From Octopus vulgaris (taxonomy: Eukaryota): a stretch of 64,000 nucleotides of DNA. A program made the translations under genes and the position numbers. Below are positions 39,660 through 53,125 of the stretch, piece by piece. The DNA is taken from contig OX597822.1 in assembly GCA_951406725.2 (NCBI GenBank), forward strand, positions 93,372,001-93,436,000, written 5' to 3'. Each line of letters begins with the position of its first letter. Positions within the stretch are counted from its first letter, which is position 1. The notes beneath the pieces are model-generated. The model did not search any database. It was given only the letters and a program-made list of their open reading frames with translations, and was not told where the DNA came from.

Positions 39660-39951
39660 TCTTTCTTTGCTTCATTCAGTCATTGGACTGCGGCCATACT
39701 GGTGAGGCAACTTCAAGGTCTTAGTCAAACAAATGGACCTCACTTCAATCGGCCCTTTTTGCGGAACCGTTAAGGCCTTCTTCCTGTTTCCGTATACCAA
39801 ATCTACTTACAAGACTTTGGCCGGTCTGAGACTATAGTAGTAGACACTTACCCTAGGTGCCACGCAGTGGGACTGAACCTGTAATGGGCCTGAACCCGGA
39901 ACCATGTGGTAGGGAATCAATTTTCTTACTACACACAACAACGCCTGCGCC
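39660..39951 (-). mobile_element. Deleted SINE S2
   Basis: Similarity to 33819-34220. Confidence 0.7.
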
Positions 39952-40240
39952 TCTACGCTGCCATAGAAAAATATTAATAGAAAATACATCCATCCTTTAT
40001 TGGATTACTTACACAAATAGACGATAAATTATGGAAGTAATACTAATATCAAAACCTAAAGCTATAATTAGAATATAAATGTAAGTCTGATGATATAGAA
40101 TTTTAACGCTTTAACGGTCAACTTCTGGCGCGAAAGTCTTCCACTCTATATTAATGCAGCACAGAAGCGATGATCACTCCATATCCCGAAAGTGAGGGTG
40201 AGATAGGGAGGAAACGTCCATAAAGATGAATTTGGGGATC

Positions 40241-40562
40241 CAGGAGCTCTCAACCAGTTTTTAAAATCTGATTACTATTTTATTCAAGTGGAGCTCCATA
40301 GCTATTCCATGTTTAAAAACTAGTTTTATTGAAACTTTATTCAAAATTTCTGTTTTGTTTTTCACACAAAATGTTAGAGAAAGAAATCCAGCTGTTTCTT
40401 GCAATACATGCCTATACATACATCAAAAGCAAAATGTTTTCAGAGGCCCTTAAAATACTGATGTGGATTCCCAATTTACTATTTTGCTTCGTAGACCCCC
40501 CCCCCCCACCAAATCTTATATGGGCCTTGAGGGGCCATATAGACCCCGGTTGAGAACCACTG
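40241..40562. mobile_element. hAT-type MITE
   Basis: caggagctctcaacc ... ggttgagaaccactg; TSD not evident. Confidence 0.6.
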
Positions 40563-40640
40563 TTCTAAAACAATAAGAATCTCATACGTAGATACGAACA
40601 AACGTTAATAAAAATATTAACTTCCAGCATAGTCGTGTTT

Positions 40641-40704
<64 letters not shown>

Positions 40705-40870
40705 CCTACATACATGTCTGTCTGTCTGTCTGTCTGTCAATCTGTGTATGTGTTTGTATTATTAATCACCAAAAGTTACAGAGTGACTCAAGGCCGAGAG
40801 TTTTGTGCATCGTATGTTTAACAAATATGTGCATACGTATATTAGGACATATAACATAAACATATACATT

Positions 40871-40954
<84 letters not shown>

Positions 40955-41711
40955 TATAACACACGCGCGCATATATATATGCACACATAAATACACATAC
41001 ATAGATTCACACTTACATAGACATATATATGTAAAGTAAAAGAATATCCCTCTATATATTTATATAAATGTATGTATGTGTATATGTATGTATGATGCAT
41101 GTATGTATACATGCATACACGTACGTATGTATGTATGTATGTATGTATGTATGTATGTATGTACATGTGCGTGCGTTCCATTTACTATTTATAATTCTAC
41201 TCTAGAAACTCGTTTAAGATCTGTATATATATTCTTGAGATTGGTGGCAGCAGCGGCCTGTATTGTGATTCTACTGGAGGTGTGGTTATGTTTTTGTAAT
41301 TGATGGTGGTGGTTGTGGTGGCGGTGGTGGCAAGTTGGTGATGTCGGTGAGAGTGTGTTGGTGTTGTTGTTGGTGATGGGGTGATGATGATGTTGGTGGA
41401 GGTGTGGCAATGTCGGTAGGAAGAAAGGAGCGATTCGTAAGAAAACGTTCCAAAAAGCAGGCAATCAGATTAGTGGTGAAGGATCTTGTCAGAAAGGGCG
41501 TTTATCTTAGCATCAATTTTAAGGGTTTGGGGGCACCCTACTACTTTCATTATCTCCGGCAGTAGCTATGACGTCGTCAACAAAAAAAAAACAGCAACAG
41601 TAATATCAACTATAACAATATTAATGTAGCCCTGCCCCCACCAGATGTAGGAAACTACGCTGTTTATTCATTATGACAAGTAGCAAGGTGGGGGTGGAAT
41701 GGCGTTGGTTG

Positions 41712-41728
41712 TGGTGGGGTAGTAGTTC

Positions 41729-41759
<31 letters not shown>

Positions 41760-41965
41760 GGTGGTCGTCGTCGTCGTCGTGGTAGCGGTGATAGTAGTAG
41801 TAGTAGTAGTGGTGGTGGTGGTGGTGGTCGTGGTCGTCGTCGTCGTGGTGGTAGCGGTGATGGTTGTAGTAGTAGTAGTAGTAGTAATAGTGATGGTTGT
41901 GGTGGTGGTAGTGGTGGTGGTGGTAGTGGTGGTGGTGGTGGTGGTGGTGGTGGTGATGGCAGCGG
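41712..41965. repeat. (GTA/GTG/GTC)n triplet microsatellite
   Basis: Direct reading. Confidence 0.95.
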
Positions 41966-42237
41966 TGAGTATTGTGGTGCTCATTATGGTATTGTAGTTG
42001 TTACTGCTGTTTAACTCCTAGGTCGGATCTGGATGAGTAAATTCTATGACAAACGGCATTGTCACCACGATCAAGATAAGATGGTCAAGGTAGTAATGGT
42101 GGTCAACGTGGTAATAGTGGTGGTCACGGTGGTTTTGGTATATACACATATACGTGCATACATACACGCATGTCTATCTATCTGTCAACCTGTTTGTTAC
42201 AAACACAGACGCAGACACGCGCACGCGCGCATATCTA

Positions 42238-42268
<31 letters not shown>

Positions 42269-42269
42269 T

Positions 42270-42318
<49 letters not shown>

Positions 42319-42381
42319 CCGCGTGTATACCGTTGGCGATTTTTTTCCTCTGTCTTCCCTTCTCTGGATCTTTCCTTCTAT

Positions 42382-42416
42382 GTTTCCGACGAAGAGCTCC
42401 GCTCGAAACGTTGAAC
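42382..42416 (+). ncRNA. Ultra-minimal hammerhead-like motif (variant core)
   Basis: guuu-CCGACGA-a-gagc-ucc-gcuc-GAAAC-GUU-gaac; same architecture as 20489-20526. Confidence 0.62.
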
Positions 42417-42546
42417 CCTCTTTCTTTCCTTCTTTCCTGAGCGTCCAATAATACTATATTTGTTCCACATCCTCGCGTTGTTGTGTTTTTTTGTGCTTTC
42501 ATGTTTGGATTAACTATATATATATATATATATGTGTGTTTATATA

Positions 42547-42709
42547 AGACGGGCTTCTTTCAGTTTCTATCTACTAAATCCACTCACACGGCTTTGATCG
42601 GCCCGAGGCTATAGTAGAAGACACATGACCAAGGTGCCACGCACTGAGACTTAACCTGGAACCATGTGGGTGAGAAACAAACTTCTTACCACATAGCCAC
42701 ATCTTCGCC
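42547..42709 (-). mobile_element. SINE S2 head
   Basis: Reverse complement of 33819-33980. Confidence 0.8.
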
Positions 42710-43352
42710 TCTCACTGTAAGTTAATATCATCAGGTGTATGTTACTATTTTAAAGGTGAGTCCCTATTTGAAATCGTACGCCAGTATCACAAAGAAGTGG
42801 AGCTCTCTGTCGGTCTAAGGTAATACTAGAAGGATGAGGCCCTTTCTGTCACTGTAAGTTAATATTATAAATCTAATGAAGGTGTGACACTGTCCCTCAT
42901 TGCAATTTAGTCCAGTGATGGTGTTGCCCTTTTTCTCATTGTAAGTCTATCTAACGGGGACGTGGCCCTCTCTGTCATTATAAACCAGTATTATAAAGAT
43001 GTGGCCATTTCTGTGATTGTAAATTAATATCATAAAAATATGGTCCTTTCTGTCACTATAAGTCAATTTTATAAAGACGTTGACCCCTTCATTGTCATTT
43101 AATCTAGTGAAGATGTGGCCCTTTTTTCTCATTGTAAGTTAATGTAATGAAAGCGTAGCCCTTTCTCTCATTTCAAGTTAATCTAATGAAGACGTGGCAC
43201 TTTCTGTCACTATAAGTTAATATTATAAAGATGTGTCCCCTTTCTGTCATTGTAAGTTAATATTATATAAAGATGTGGCCCTTTCTATCATCGTTATTTA
43301 ATCTAATGAAGATGTAACCCCTTCTGTCATTGTAAACTAATCTGGTAAAGAC
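42705..43352. repeat. Diverged ~40-42 bp minisatellite, about 15 copies
   Basis: gtggccctttctgtcattgtaagttaat(attataa/ctaatga)agat unit. Confidence 0.88.
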
Positions 43353-43543
43353 ACGTAGATGAAGTATGTCTAATATTTTATCTATGTTTTGTCTGATTTT
43401 ATTTCTCACCGTCATGGCTGTTAATTTTATTTACACATGGATAAATATCTTATTTGTCAATTTTCTCTCTCTCTCTTACTCTTATTATCATCTCTCTATT
43501 TTTTCATTCCTTGTATATGTATCTGTTTGTCTATCAATGTTTC

Positions 43544-43574
<31 letters not shown>

Positions 43575-43808
43575 TGTATGTATGTATGTATGTATGCATG
43601 CATGCATGCATGCATGTATGTATGCATGCATGTATGCATGTATGTATGTATGTATGTATGTATGTATGTATGCATGCATGTATGTATGTATGTATGCATG
43701 CATGCATGCATGCATGTATGTATGTTGGTAAGTGGTTAGGTAGGTAGGAATCTATATATCTGTCTGTCAGTCTGACTGTCTGTCTGTCTGGCTGGCTGTC
43801 TGGCTGTA

Positions 43809-43847
<39 letters not shown>

Positions 43848-43899
43848 ATATATATCAATAATAATTCTCTAAAAGGAATATAGACAGTAACTGCTCGAC

Positions 43900-44221
43900 A
43901 ACATAAGGGACTAAAGCCATCTGAATATGGCTAGGGACAGGGCAGGGTGGTGGGGGTGTTACTGTTGCATTTCAGGCGAACATCGACGTCACCAGAAAGG
44001 CTCGACACCGTCACGGTGCCCTAAACCTGCAAAGGGAGGTAATTCCCCGATGAAGCGGAAACCACACACGGGGAATTACCTCCCTTTGCAGGTTTAGGGC
44101 ACCGTGACGGTGTCGAGCCTTTCTGGTGACGTCGATGTTCGCCTGGGGCTAAATGCAACAGTAACACCCCCACCACCCTGCCCTGTCCCTAGCCATATTC
44201 AGATGGCTTTAGTCCCTTATG

Positions 44222-44223
<2 letters not shown>
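43900..44223. repeat. Near-perfect ~150-bp-arm palindrome carrying unassigned motif copy C in both arms
   Basis: 43900-44048 is the reverse complement of 44070-44223 apart from a 5-nt indel; 21-nt spacer; abuts (TA)n. Confidence 0.95.
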
Positions 44224-44266
<43 letters not shown>

Positions 44267-44500
44267 TCTTTCAACCTGTCTGTCTGACTATTGATATAAC
44301 CACATGTCTAAAACATCGACAAGTTGGGTATCCACGCGTTGTTGCTCGATCCTCTGAAAATAAGCAATAAAGCCACCATCAAATCACCCCTGAGAAAAAA
44401 TAAAACAAAAATATATATTAGATAATGTCATGGATGTATACGTTGTAGTCGAACGAAAAATAGAGCACTGCGAATGTGTTTAGCTATAGAACTAGTAGAA

Positions 44501-44732
44501 AGGCGGCTAGCTGGCAGAATCGTTAGCATGCCGGGCGAAAGGCATAGCCGTATTTCGTCTGCCGTTACGTTCTGGGTTCAAATTCCGCCGAGGTCGACTT
44601 TGCCTTTCATCCTTTCGGGGTCAATAAATTAAGTACAAGTTACGCACTGAGGTCGATGTAATCGACTTAATCCGTTTGTCTGTCCTTGTTTGTCCCCTCT
44701 GTGTTTAGCCCCTTGTGGGTAGTAAAGAAATA
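44501..44732 (+). mobile_element. Full-length SINE S1
   Basis: Consensus-like copy. Confidence 0.9.
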
Positions 44733-44741
44733 TCTAGAACT

Positions 44742-45044
44742 AGTGGAGGCACATGGCCTTAGTGGTTAGAGCAGCGGACTCGCGGTCGAGGGATCGCGGG
44801 TTCGAATCTCGGACCGGGCGATGTGTGTGTTTATGAGTGAAACACCTAAGCTCCACGCGGCTCCGGCAGAAGGTAATGGCGAACTTCTGCTTACTCTTTC
44901 GCCACAACTTTCTCTCACTCTTTCCTCCTGCATCTTGCAGTTCACCTGCGACGGACTGGCGTCCCGTCCAGGTGGGGAACCTATACGCCAAGGAAACCGA
45001 GAAACTGGCCCTTATGAGCCAGACATGGCTCGAGAAGGAACAAA
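44742..45044 (+). mobile_element. SINE S3, tail type 2
   Basis: tRNA(Arg)-like head with ggttcgaatct; tagctatagaacta duplicated at 44481 and 45045. Confidence 0.88.
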
Positions 45045-45856
45045 TAGCTATAGAACTACTCGAGTAGGTTTGATCTAAGATTATACATCAAAAGCAACAA
45101 TTTGAAACCTTGACGACATATAGTACTCTTACAGTTCCCTGTAACCTACAATAATCCAGTAACAGTCAGGTTTCTAATAGAAGCAACAAAACTGCAAAAA
45201 TCAAGGAAAAAATACCCAGCTCTGATGCTGAGGTAGAATAGCTCTCTCTTTTACTCTCTCTCTCTGTCTCTGTCCATGTCTCTCTGTACAGCGCACACAC
45301 TTTTACCATCTCCTTCCCACAGTGCCACAGAATCATCCCCTTCCCACAACACGACAGATTTTTTACACTACAGGAATTTATCGTTATTACTTTCATATAC
45401 TGGATGTTTCAGGGAAATTTTTTCCGAAGTTCATCACAAATCAAATAGAAGCCCGTTGAGTGTGCCATATCTTTGCCATCATTGCTGCAGCACGATACAT
45501 TTTACTTCACTTTTTTCCTAACTCTACAATAGAATCTTACATCTGTTATGGTTGAAACAGATTTAAGATTTCTGCAATATGATATATTTCTAAAGGAAGA
45601 GATACATAACAAGATACATTATCCCATTTTTATTGCTTAATAAAGCGAAAGGGAAAGGCAGTGCCCATGCTGCTTTTCGGATACTTTAGGGTGTAACAGA
45701 GTGTCCTATAAAGGCTTCCATGGGCCATGTGGTGGTGTCTGAGTGGGCAAGAGATTAAGTTTTCTTGTGAATCACCACCTAGCAATTTTATAATGCCATA
45801 CCACCTAAAAAAATCGCATTTTGCTAGTATCTAACAACCTTTTTACGTATTCTACC

Positions 45857-45922
<66 letters not shown>

Positions 45923-45963
45923 ATATCTATCTATATATATATATATATATATATATATCTGTC

Positions 45964-45994
<31 letters not shown>

Positions 45995-46177
45995 AGTTTG
46001 CCTGTGAGTCTGTCCGTCCGTCCGTCCGTCTATTTATCTATCTATACACATATGTGTGTGTGTGTGTGTGTGTTTGTCTTCAGACGTAAGCGCACGGAGA
46101 CATACAACTTACAGTAATGTACGTACGCACATTATATTTAAAACATCCATTCATCTATCAATCCCTACATACATTCT

Positions 46178-46216
<39 letters not shown>

Positions 46217-46305
46217 ATGTGTGCGTGTGTGTGCGCGCGCGTGTATGTAGGTACGCATATACATGCAAGCACTCACATGTAAGCGTATATTTGTATACAA
46301 ACATA

Positions 46306-46340
<35 letters not shown>

Positions 46341-46964
46341 GCACGCACACGTACATGTTTGTATACATACGTGAACAGTTGTTTGACTAAGTTTAAACTT
46401 AATCTAAAACTCTGAGACCAATTACAAGTACCATTTCCTCCCAGACTGTCTGTGGGTTCACCTGGGGGCAAATGCAACAAGACTTCAAAGCACACTTTCC
46501 TTCTAAAGTTTCAACTACTGTATACCAATATATATACATAAATGGTTATCGTAAACACATTCTCCCTTAGCAATCCCTTACTCTCAAATCGCCTTCAATA
46601 TTTCGTTAAAGCGAGCTCCTCAATATGTATGTAATAATAAAGTGTCTGTTTATCTTATTGGCTGCTTGTTGTTAGATCTCGTTTGATAGTATCTCTGTAA
46701 TGTTCTAGGGTGGTGGCACTAACATAAGTCTCTGTTCTGCTAGTACTAGATTCTAGGTTAGTGATGTAATTGTATCATTCTGTATACATTAATAACTCAA
46801 GGTTCTCAGGGTATGGTATGCATATTCGAAATATATTGGGTATATATCACCACACATGCATTGAAAATCATGAAATAATGATTTAATATTTTCATTTATA
46901 ATCAACATATTGATTGCAATTTACTCCAGTTAATTTTAAATGATCTCATTAAGTTACTATCGTG

Positions 46965-47860
46965 ACTAAGGTTTCTCAACACTCCCGGGAACGATGAAAC
47001 AAAAATCTCGGATCCCAGGGAATAAAAACTTAATTTTTATTTTTTCGTTTCTATTCTAAGTCTCTTATTTAATGCTATAAAGTTTTGGAAACTAGCAAGT
47101 AAAAGTTACGAATTTTAAAAAAATTATTCCATGCAAAAATGTATTTCATAGAAAACTGTACCGATTTACGAAAAAAAAAAAGGAAAAAAAAATGAAACTT
47201 TTTCTGGATAGCAAAATAATATTTAAACCAGATTGATAGTTATTGTCTCATATATTGTTGATGGCGTTATCACCCAAATTGATCGAGGTTTTGTTATATA
47301 GAGTTCTACACTAACAAAGGATATCTGAGATTCGATAGAAGTTGGAGAAATGTATTGAGGGCAAAGAACAGTTTCTGTAAGTTTAAAAGTTCTATGTCCA
47401 GTAATTTCAAATATTTTCCTCTCTTTGACAATGGTTTTTGGATCATAAGACGTTTGAAGGAGATCTTGATTGACTGATCAACAACTTTGATAATGGCAAC
47501 ATTTAATCCTTGTATCAGAGACGATTCTTTTGATGGAATGGATATTTCATGGGTTTAGATTCAAAATGGGAAGTTGCGGATTCTTCAGAGAAAAAGATGG
47601 ATGTTTTTTATTGATGATATTTTGCGATGGATTTTCTAGCTGCAAAATTATGAGTCAAATGTATCCAAAATTATAGAAGGACTAAAGTGTTGGCCGACAT
47701 TTTCCTTTTTCAATAATAATAATGACTTCGTTTGATTTCCATTTTCTTTATACCTGTGTAACGAGACCTCTTCTAAGCTTTGAACTATATAGCTTTCAAA
47801 TATTCCAAGTTTAGAACTACGACCTATTGTATTCTTATGAAAAGAAATGTATTAGAAGCA
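46965..47860 (-). mobile_element. Old hAT transposase relic
   Basis: SPTSIESQISFVSVELYITKPRS-like dimerisation remnant near 47270-47350. Confidence 0.45.
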
Positions 47861-47873
47861 TTAACGCCTACAT

Positions 47874-48098
47874 CTGTGGTTCTCAACTGGGGTCCACATT
47901 TCCCTTGGGGGTCCAGATAAGATTTCGTTAAATTTATGTGCGATAAATTGGTTATACTTCAGCAATACACAAAATATCTGAACAACTTTTTCATAGTTCT
48001 AACAAATATTTAATTATAAAAATGCAGTAGAATTATTTTTTATGTAAACATCGAATAGCTATGAAGGAATCAAAGGGTCAAATGGTTGAGAAACACTG
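47874..48098. mobile_element. hAT-Charlie MITE with perfect 8-bp TSD
   Basis: gcctacat|ctgtggttctcaac ... gttgagaaacactg|gcctacat. Confidence 0.88.
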
Positions 48099-49046
48099 GC
48101 CTACATGAATATGGCTCAATCAATCAGTATTCGTCGACTCAAAGTGGTTGACGCGACAAATTTCAATGAAAGTGAGCGAGTTTTCCCGTCAAACAATTTG
48201 ACTCTAGAAAGGTAGGTTACAGTTTTAAAAAGCTGGCAATTTTAACCTCAGGTCACAGCTACTCAGCTGTCTCAAGAAATATATGACTCTTGGCTCAGCG
48301 AGTTGTTCTCCCACCTCTTTCATGTTCCTCTTTAACATACTCATGTCGTATTCGATAAATAGTACCAACCTTGAACTGTAATGTCGAATCATACACACAC
48401 TGATTATTTGCAGCGACTTAAATTTCTTCTACTTATTTCGTCTACAATAACTATAAACTATTTTCATAATGTTATTGCAGAAGGCTCCTGGCTATTATTT
48501 TTGTTGTTTTATGAACGTTATTCCGTTTACTTTTTTTATATAACAAAGAAGGTTAAAATATCTGAATACTCAAATATTTGTGAAGTCATTATCTTCATAT
48601 ACAGCATACCTAATATTGTGAACTACCAACGAAGAAATAGGACTATCACTCTTATCCACACTAAGCCAGTAATTCTATGATGGGGCTATCACACAATCTC
48701 ATTTATCATGCCAGTAAAGCTTCCTCGTTTTGTAATGTATATTTCTTGCCAAATATTTCAACACCTTCCTTTTATTGAAACTTTTCATATTGGAGCTTCC
48801 GGCGCGAATGCCAAGCAGTACAGCATGTCGTTTTCAAATTTTTGGCAGATTGAATTGCGTCAGGGTGCTGTTTTTCTCATAGACGGTGCTCGACTGCCCC
48901 TACTATAGTGTGTAGTCATCAAAATCAAAAACAAACAATGTGCAAATGCGAAATAAAAAATATTAAATGGCGACAATTTACTCATCGTATTCTGTATGTA
49001 TATATGTGTGTGTGTGTATATGTATATATATATATATATATGTATG

Positions 49047-49084
<38 letters not shown>

Positions 49085-50058
49085 TACACACAATGATGTG
49101 TATATTGTTTAGCTCGATGGATAAAGGGAAGTTAATGTCTCTAGTTTTTTGTCGGAGAAGGAGCAAAAACAAAACAAAAAATATCACCAGCCTTATTAAT
49201 TGATATATTTATCCTTTATGTACCTCACACGACAACTGGTTTAACAAGTGGCTTCGTTAGGCAGGCTGACGATAGCATATATTACCCAGTAAATATTTAT
49301 ATATGAAAAGGAATTTAAAAAATAGTTCTCTCATTTGGGAACAAAATTCTTTCTTTCTCTCGTGTTACCTCTTGTAATCAATGGCTAAATCCGAGCCTTC
49401 ACCTTACGAACACCGACAAACGACGTAGATATTGTTATCTCATACATGTCTCATACAGTCCTTCTGTTGTTTTCTCACTGGATAAACCAACAGATTTTCC
49501 TGTTTACAAATGCAAGCAACAGAACGATTTTTGCTTTCTATGAAACAAATCTGGTAACCTTATATTTGTTTAGTTACACTGACTCTCATTATTTCATCTC
49601 CCTTTCTCTTCTATGTTATTTAATATCATTAATTTTCTTCTAATTTACAGTGTTGTGTGTGTGTGTGTACGTGTGTGTGTGTGTGTGTGTGTGTACGTGT
49701 GTGTGTGTGTGTGTGTGTGTGTGAGTGTGAGTGTGTGTGTGTGTGTGTGTGAGTGTGTGTGTGTGTGTGTGCGTGTGCATGTTTTCGGCGTTGACATTAA
49801 CCTCAGCAACTTCTTCCACCGCCATTTTATCATCAAACGCTGGGAAACACACGCATAATTGTCGTCTGCTATTAAATGCTGCAAGATACGCCTTAATACC
49901 ATTATTTTTTTAACTGATTTTTCTGTGAGTCTGTAGAAACCACTGCTAATATTTATTCTATTCATCCCTCCCCTATCTGTTGAGACTTATCTAAAACACC
50001 ACAAGTATTCTATTTCCGTATTATCTGTTCACATAATAGTCAGTTTCTGATATATTCA

Positions 50059-50102
<44 letters not shown>

Positions 50103-50109
50103 TATATAC

Positions 50110-50180
<71 letters not shown>

Positions 50181-50544
50181 TGTACTATTTTTTTTCGTTG
50201 TTTATGAAAAATGTCCATTTCCTTGGTTTTGTGTTTATGTTTTCGTTTCTCATTGTGTTCGACATTTTTTTTGGTGTCCTGTACCCATATATGCATGTAT
50301 ATATACATATAGATGTAATGTAGGTACGTACATATATGTATATATGCATATGTTTTATTTTGTTATTATATATATATATATATATATTCATATGTATGTG
50401 TGTGTATATACATATATATTTACACTCATGCATGCAGACGCATACGCACACATGCATAGAGTTGGATTTCTCATAATTTTCTGTTTATACCATGTGTGAC
50501 GATCTCGGTGCTTCATCAAATTTGTATTATTTCAAGTCTTTCTA

Positions 50545-50773
50545 ATTTTGGTACAAGCCCACCAAGTTTGAAGGGAATGGGCAAGGAAATTACTTCGACC
50601 TCGGTATTTGACTTGGTGGAGGAGGGGTTAAGTCGACTGGTATATATTTTATCGAACCCGAAAGGATGAAAAGCAAAGTCGACCTCAGCAGCATTCGAAG
50701 TCAGAACGTAAAGATGAACGAAATGCCGCTAAGCATTTTGCCCGGCATGCTAACGGTTCCACCAGCTCGCCGC
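50545..50773 (-). mobile_element. SINE S1 variant
   Basis: Similarity to other S1 copies. Confidence 0.78.
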
Positions 50774-51634
50774 GTTAGTTTTTGTATAATAACTATATTA
50801 TCCCAAGCCAAAATTTGAAGGCACTATTTTGTCTTCGTGTATCTTAAGTTTAGCAACCTAGCTTCTTGCTAAATTATACATTATACTATACATTATAAAT
50901 TATGCATTATATATGTATAAATTATATATTATATATTAATTTTATACGTTATGAATTATACATTATATATTAATTTCAAAATGCTGATTTTTGCCAATTT
51001 TTTCGCAGATTCGTATTCCCCGTAGCCGAAAACGGGGGTTTATGTAGAAAAAAAAAAATTCAAAAAGAGGTGTTTTTTTGGGCGGGTACAAAAGGAAGTC
51101 CTCGTTCACGTTTTAATGCTATCGTGATAGATTTCTCTTTTTGTTATTTGTGATTCAGTTAAGAGCTTACATGTTAGAAAATCAATCAACTAATACTTTT
51201 CAAATTAATTGAAAGTTAAGTTTCAATAATCTTTTATCGATTTCATTAATAAAAAGGACAAGACTATGATTGACAAACAGTAATTTTAAGATTTCCAACA
51301 GATAAAAGAAATTTGTTTTGAAATCAAGGCAACGTTATTCATGTGTTTACGCTGCTGTTTAACCCTTGGTCAAGGAGGGTGTGTTCATGTTCAGAAACTT
51401 TCCAATCATGGCCACCCTGTTTTCAGCAGACTCTGTGGCACAGAGAAAAGAACACTAATAGCAAAATAAGTAAATAAAATATAAGCAAAATGGGTACGTG
51501 ACTTACTGTTATATAAACATACATGCATACAAATGCAAATATATATATGTAAATATTTATGTATACAGGGATAGAATAGATATCTACATATATATGTGTA
51601 TATGTTATATTCTTTTACTTGTTTCAGTCAGTTG

Positions 51635-52585
51635 ACTCTGATCGTTCTGATAAAAGAACACCTGAATTTGTTGGTGAGATCCAGGCCATGGTTGACAACA
51701 ATTCCCTCCAAGTCAATCAGATCCATCGACAGGGATATGAGAGTATCTGAGTTTCTTATCAGGCAGGTAGTGCATGAAGACGTTCGGTATTGCTCATACA
51801 AGATGAGAAAGGTCCAATTTTTATCCCAAGCCATCAAGGACAAGCGGAAAGACCGCGCTACGAAGCTTTTGAACAAACTCAAGCACCCTCTCCAACCGAA
51901 CCTGCTTTGATTTTTCTCAGACAAGAAAATTTTCTGCCAGATGGTTTGCCGTAACCCCCAAACATGTACCGAGAGTGATAAAAATCAAAAATCCAGTCAA
52001 CATCATGGTGTTTGGAGTGATCACTAAGTGATGGCGACGTTAGGTCTCCATTCGTCTTCCCACACGTCCTGAGACTCAACACGGAGACCAACATGAAGTG
52101 GTTGGAGGGGGTAGTGCTACACTAGATCAAGAGAGTGGATGCTGGAAGACATCATGTCTGAAAACAGGACTCTGCACCATGCCACACAAACAGGAGAACC
52201 CAGTCATGGCTGTCAGACAATTTCTGCGACCACATCTCCCGTAACAACTGGCCATCTAACTCCCCAGACGGCAACCCCCTTGATTATTATGTGTGGGGCA
52301 CAGTTGAGCGAGAGACCAAAAAAAAAAAAAACTCCTTCTAACACCAAAGATGAACTGAAGGCGAGGATTATAACAGCATTCAGCAACTTAAACAAGGAGG
52401 CCATCCAGAAGATTTGCAGGAGATTCTGAAGTAGTGTAGATGAAGTCAATGGCGATTTTATTGAATAAGTTTACTCTTTAGTATTTCAAGATATTTTTAT
52501 ACAATTTGATAAGTATAGCTGTTAAAATGAGATGTTAACGTTATTTTCCTTTTTGCGTAATTTAGACAATTTATTCACCACAACC
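51635..52585 (+). mobile_element. Decayed DD37D (maT) Tc1/mariner transposon, 3' part
   Basis: QDSAPCH...WPSNSPDGNPLDYYVWG at 52165-52300; 37 residues between the two Asp (hand count); stops and frameshifts. Confidence 0.85.
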
Positions 52586-52698
52586 TCTCTCTAAATACAC
52601 ACACACACACACACACATATATATAGTATATAGATATATATCATATGAGTGTGAAAGGGTGTGCGGTCCCAGGCTGCTTGTTTGAATATATCTAATAA

Positions 52699-53101
52699 TA
52701 ATAATAACAACAATACCAGGATGGAATTTATTAATATTTAATACATCGCTACGTATGTTTCCACAGCTCATATGATTTTGACATCAGAGTCGATATCCTT
52801 GGGATTATCCGTGGGCATCATCATTGATCGATTTCATCAGGCGATACTATATAATTGGATGAATCATACAGGAATGTTTGCCAGTATGTTAAGAAGGGAT
52901 ACACATTACTCTGTGATTCATCCAACTATACAGTATCGCCTGATGAAATGAATCAATGATGATACCCACGGATAATACGGACTCTACTGTACTAATCCCA
53001 AGGGTATCGACTCTGATGTCAAAATCATGTGCTCTGTGGAAACGTACGTAGCGATATATTAAATATGAATAAATTCCATCCTGGTATTATTGTTATTATT
53101 A
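52699..53101. repeat. ~170-190-bp-arm inverted repeat with a hammerhead-like motif in each arm
   Basis: 52699-52866 vs 52914-53101. Confidence 0.92.
52934..53056 (+). ncRNA. Hammerhead-like motif with atypical expanded domain II
   Basis: uaucgc-CUGAUGA-(92 nt)-GAAAC-guac-GUA-gcgaua; mirror copy on the minus strand at ~52744-52846. Confidence 0.68.
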
Positions 53102-53125
53102 TATTTGTCCCACATTATATTGGTA

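Noticed and set aside
41664-42014. Poly-Thr mucin-like or Gly/Ser-rich ORFs
   Set aside because: Triplet microsatellite open in several frames, with no unique coding flank or splice evidence
42705-43352. CRISPR-like regular array
   Set aside because: Tandem units without unique spacers, no cas genes, eukaryotic context
44070-44171. Canonical HDV-like or twister ribozyme assignment for the unassigned motif
   Set aside because: I could not place P1/P1.1/P3 in HDV order, and the twister GUCCCAAGC loop and UAA cleavage context are absent
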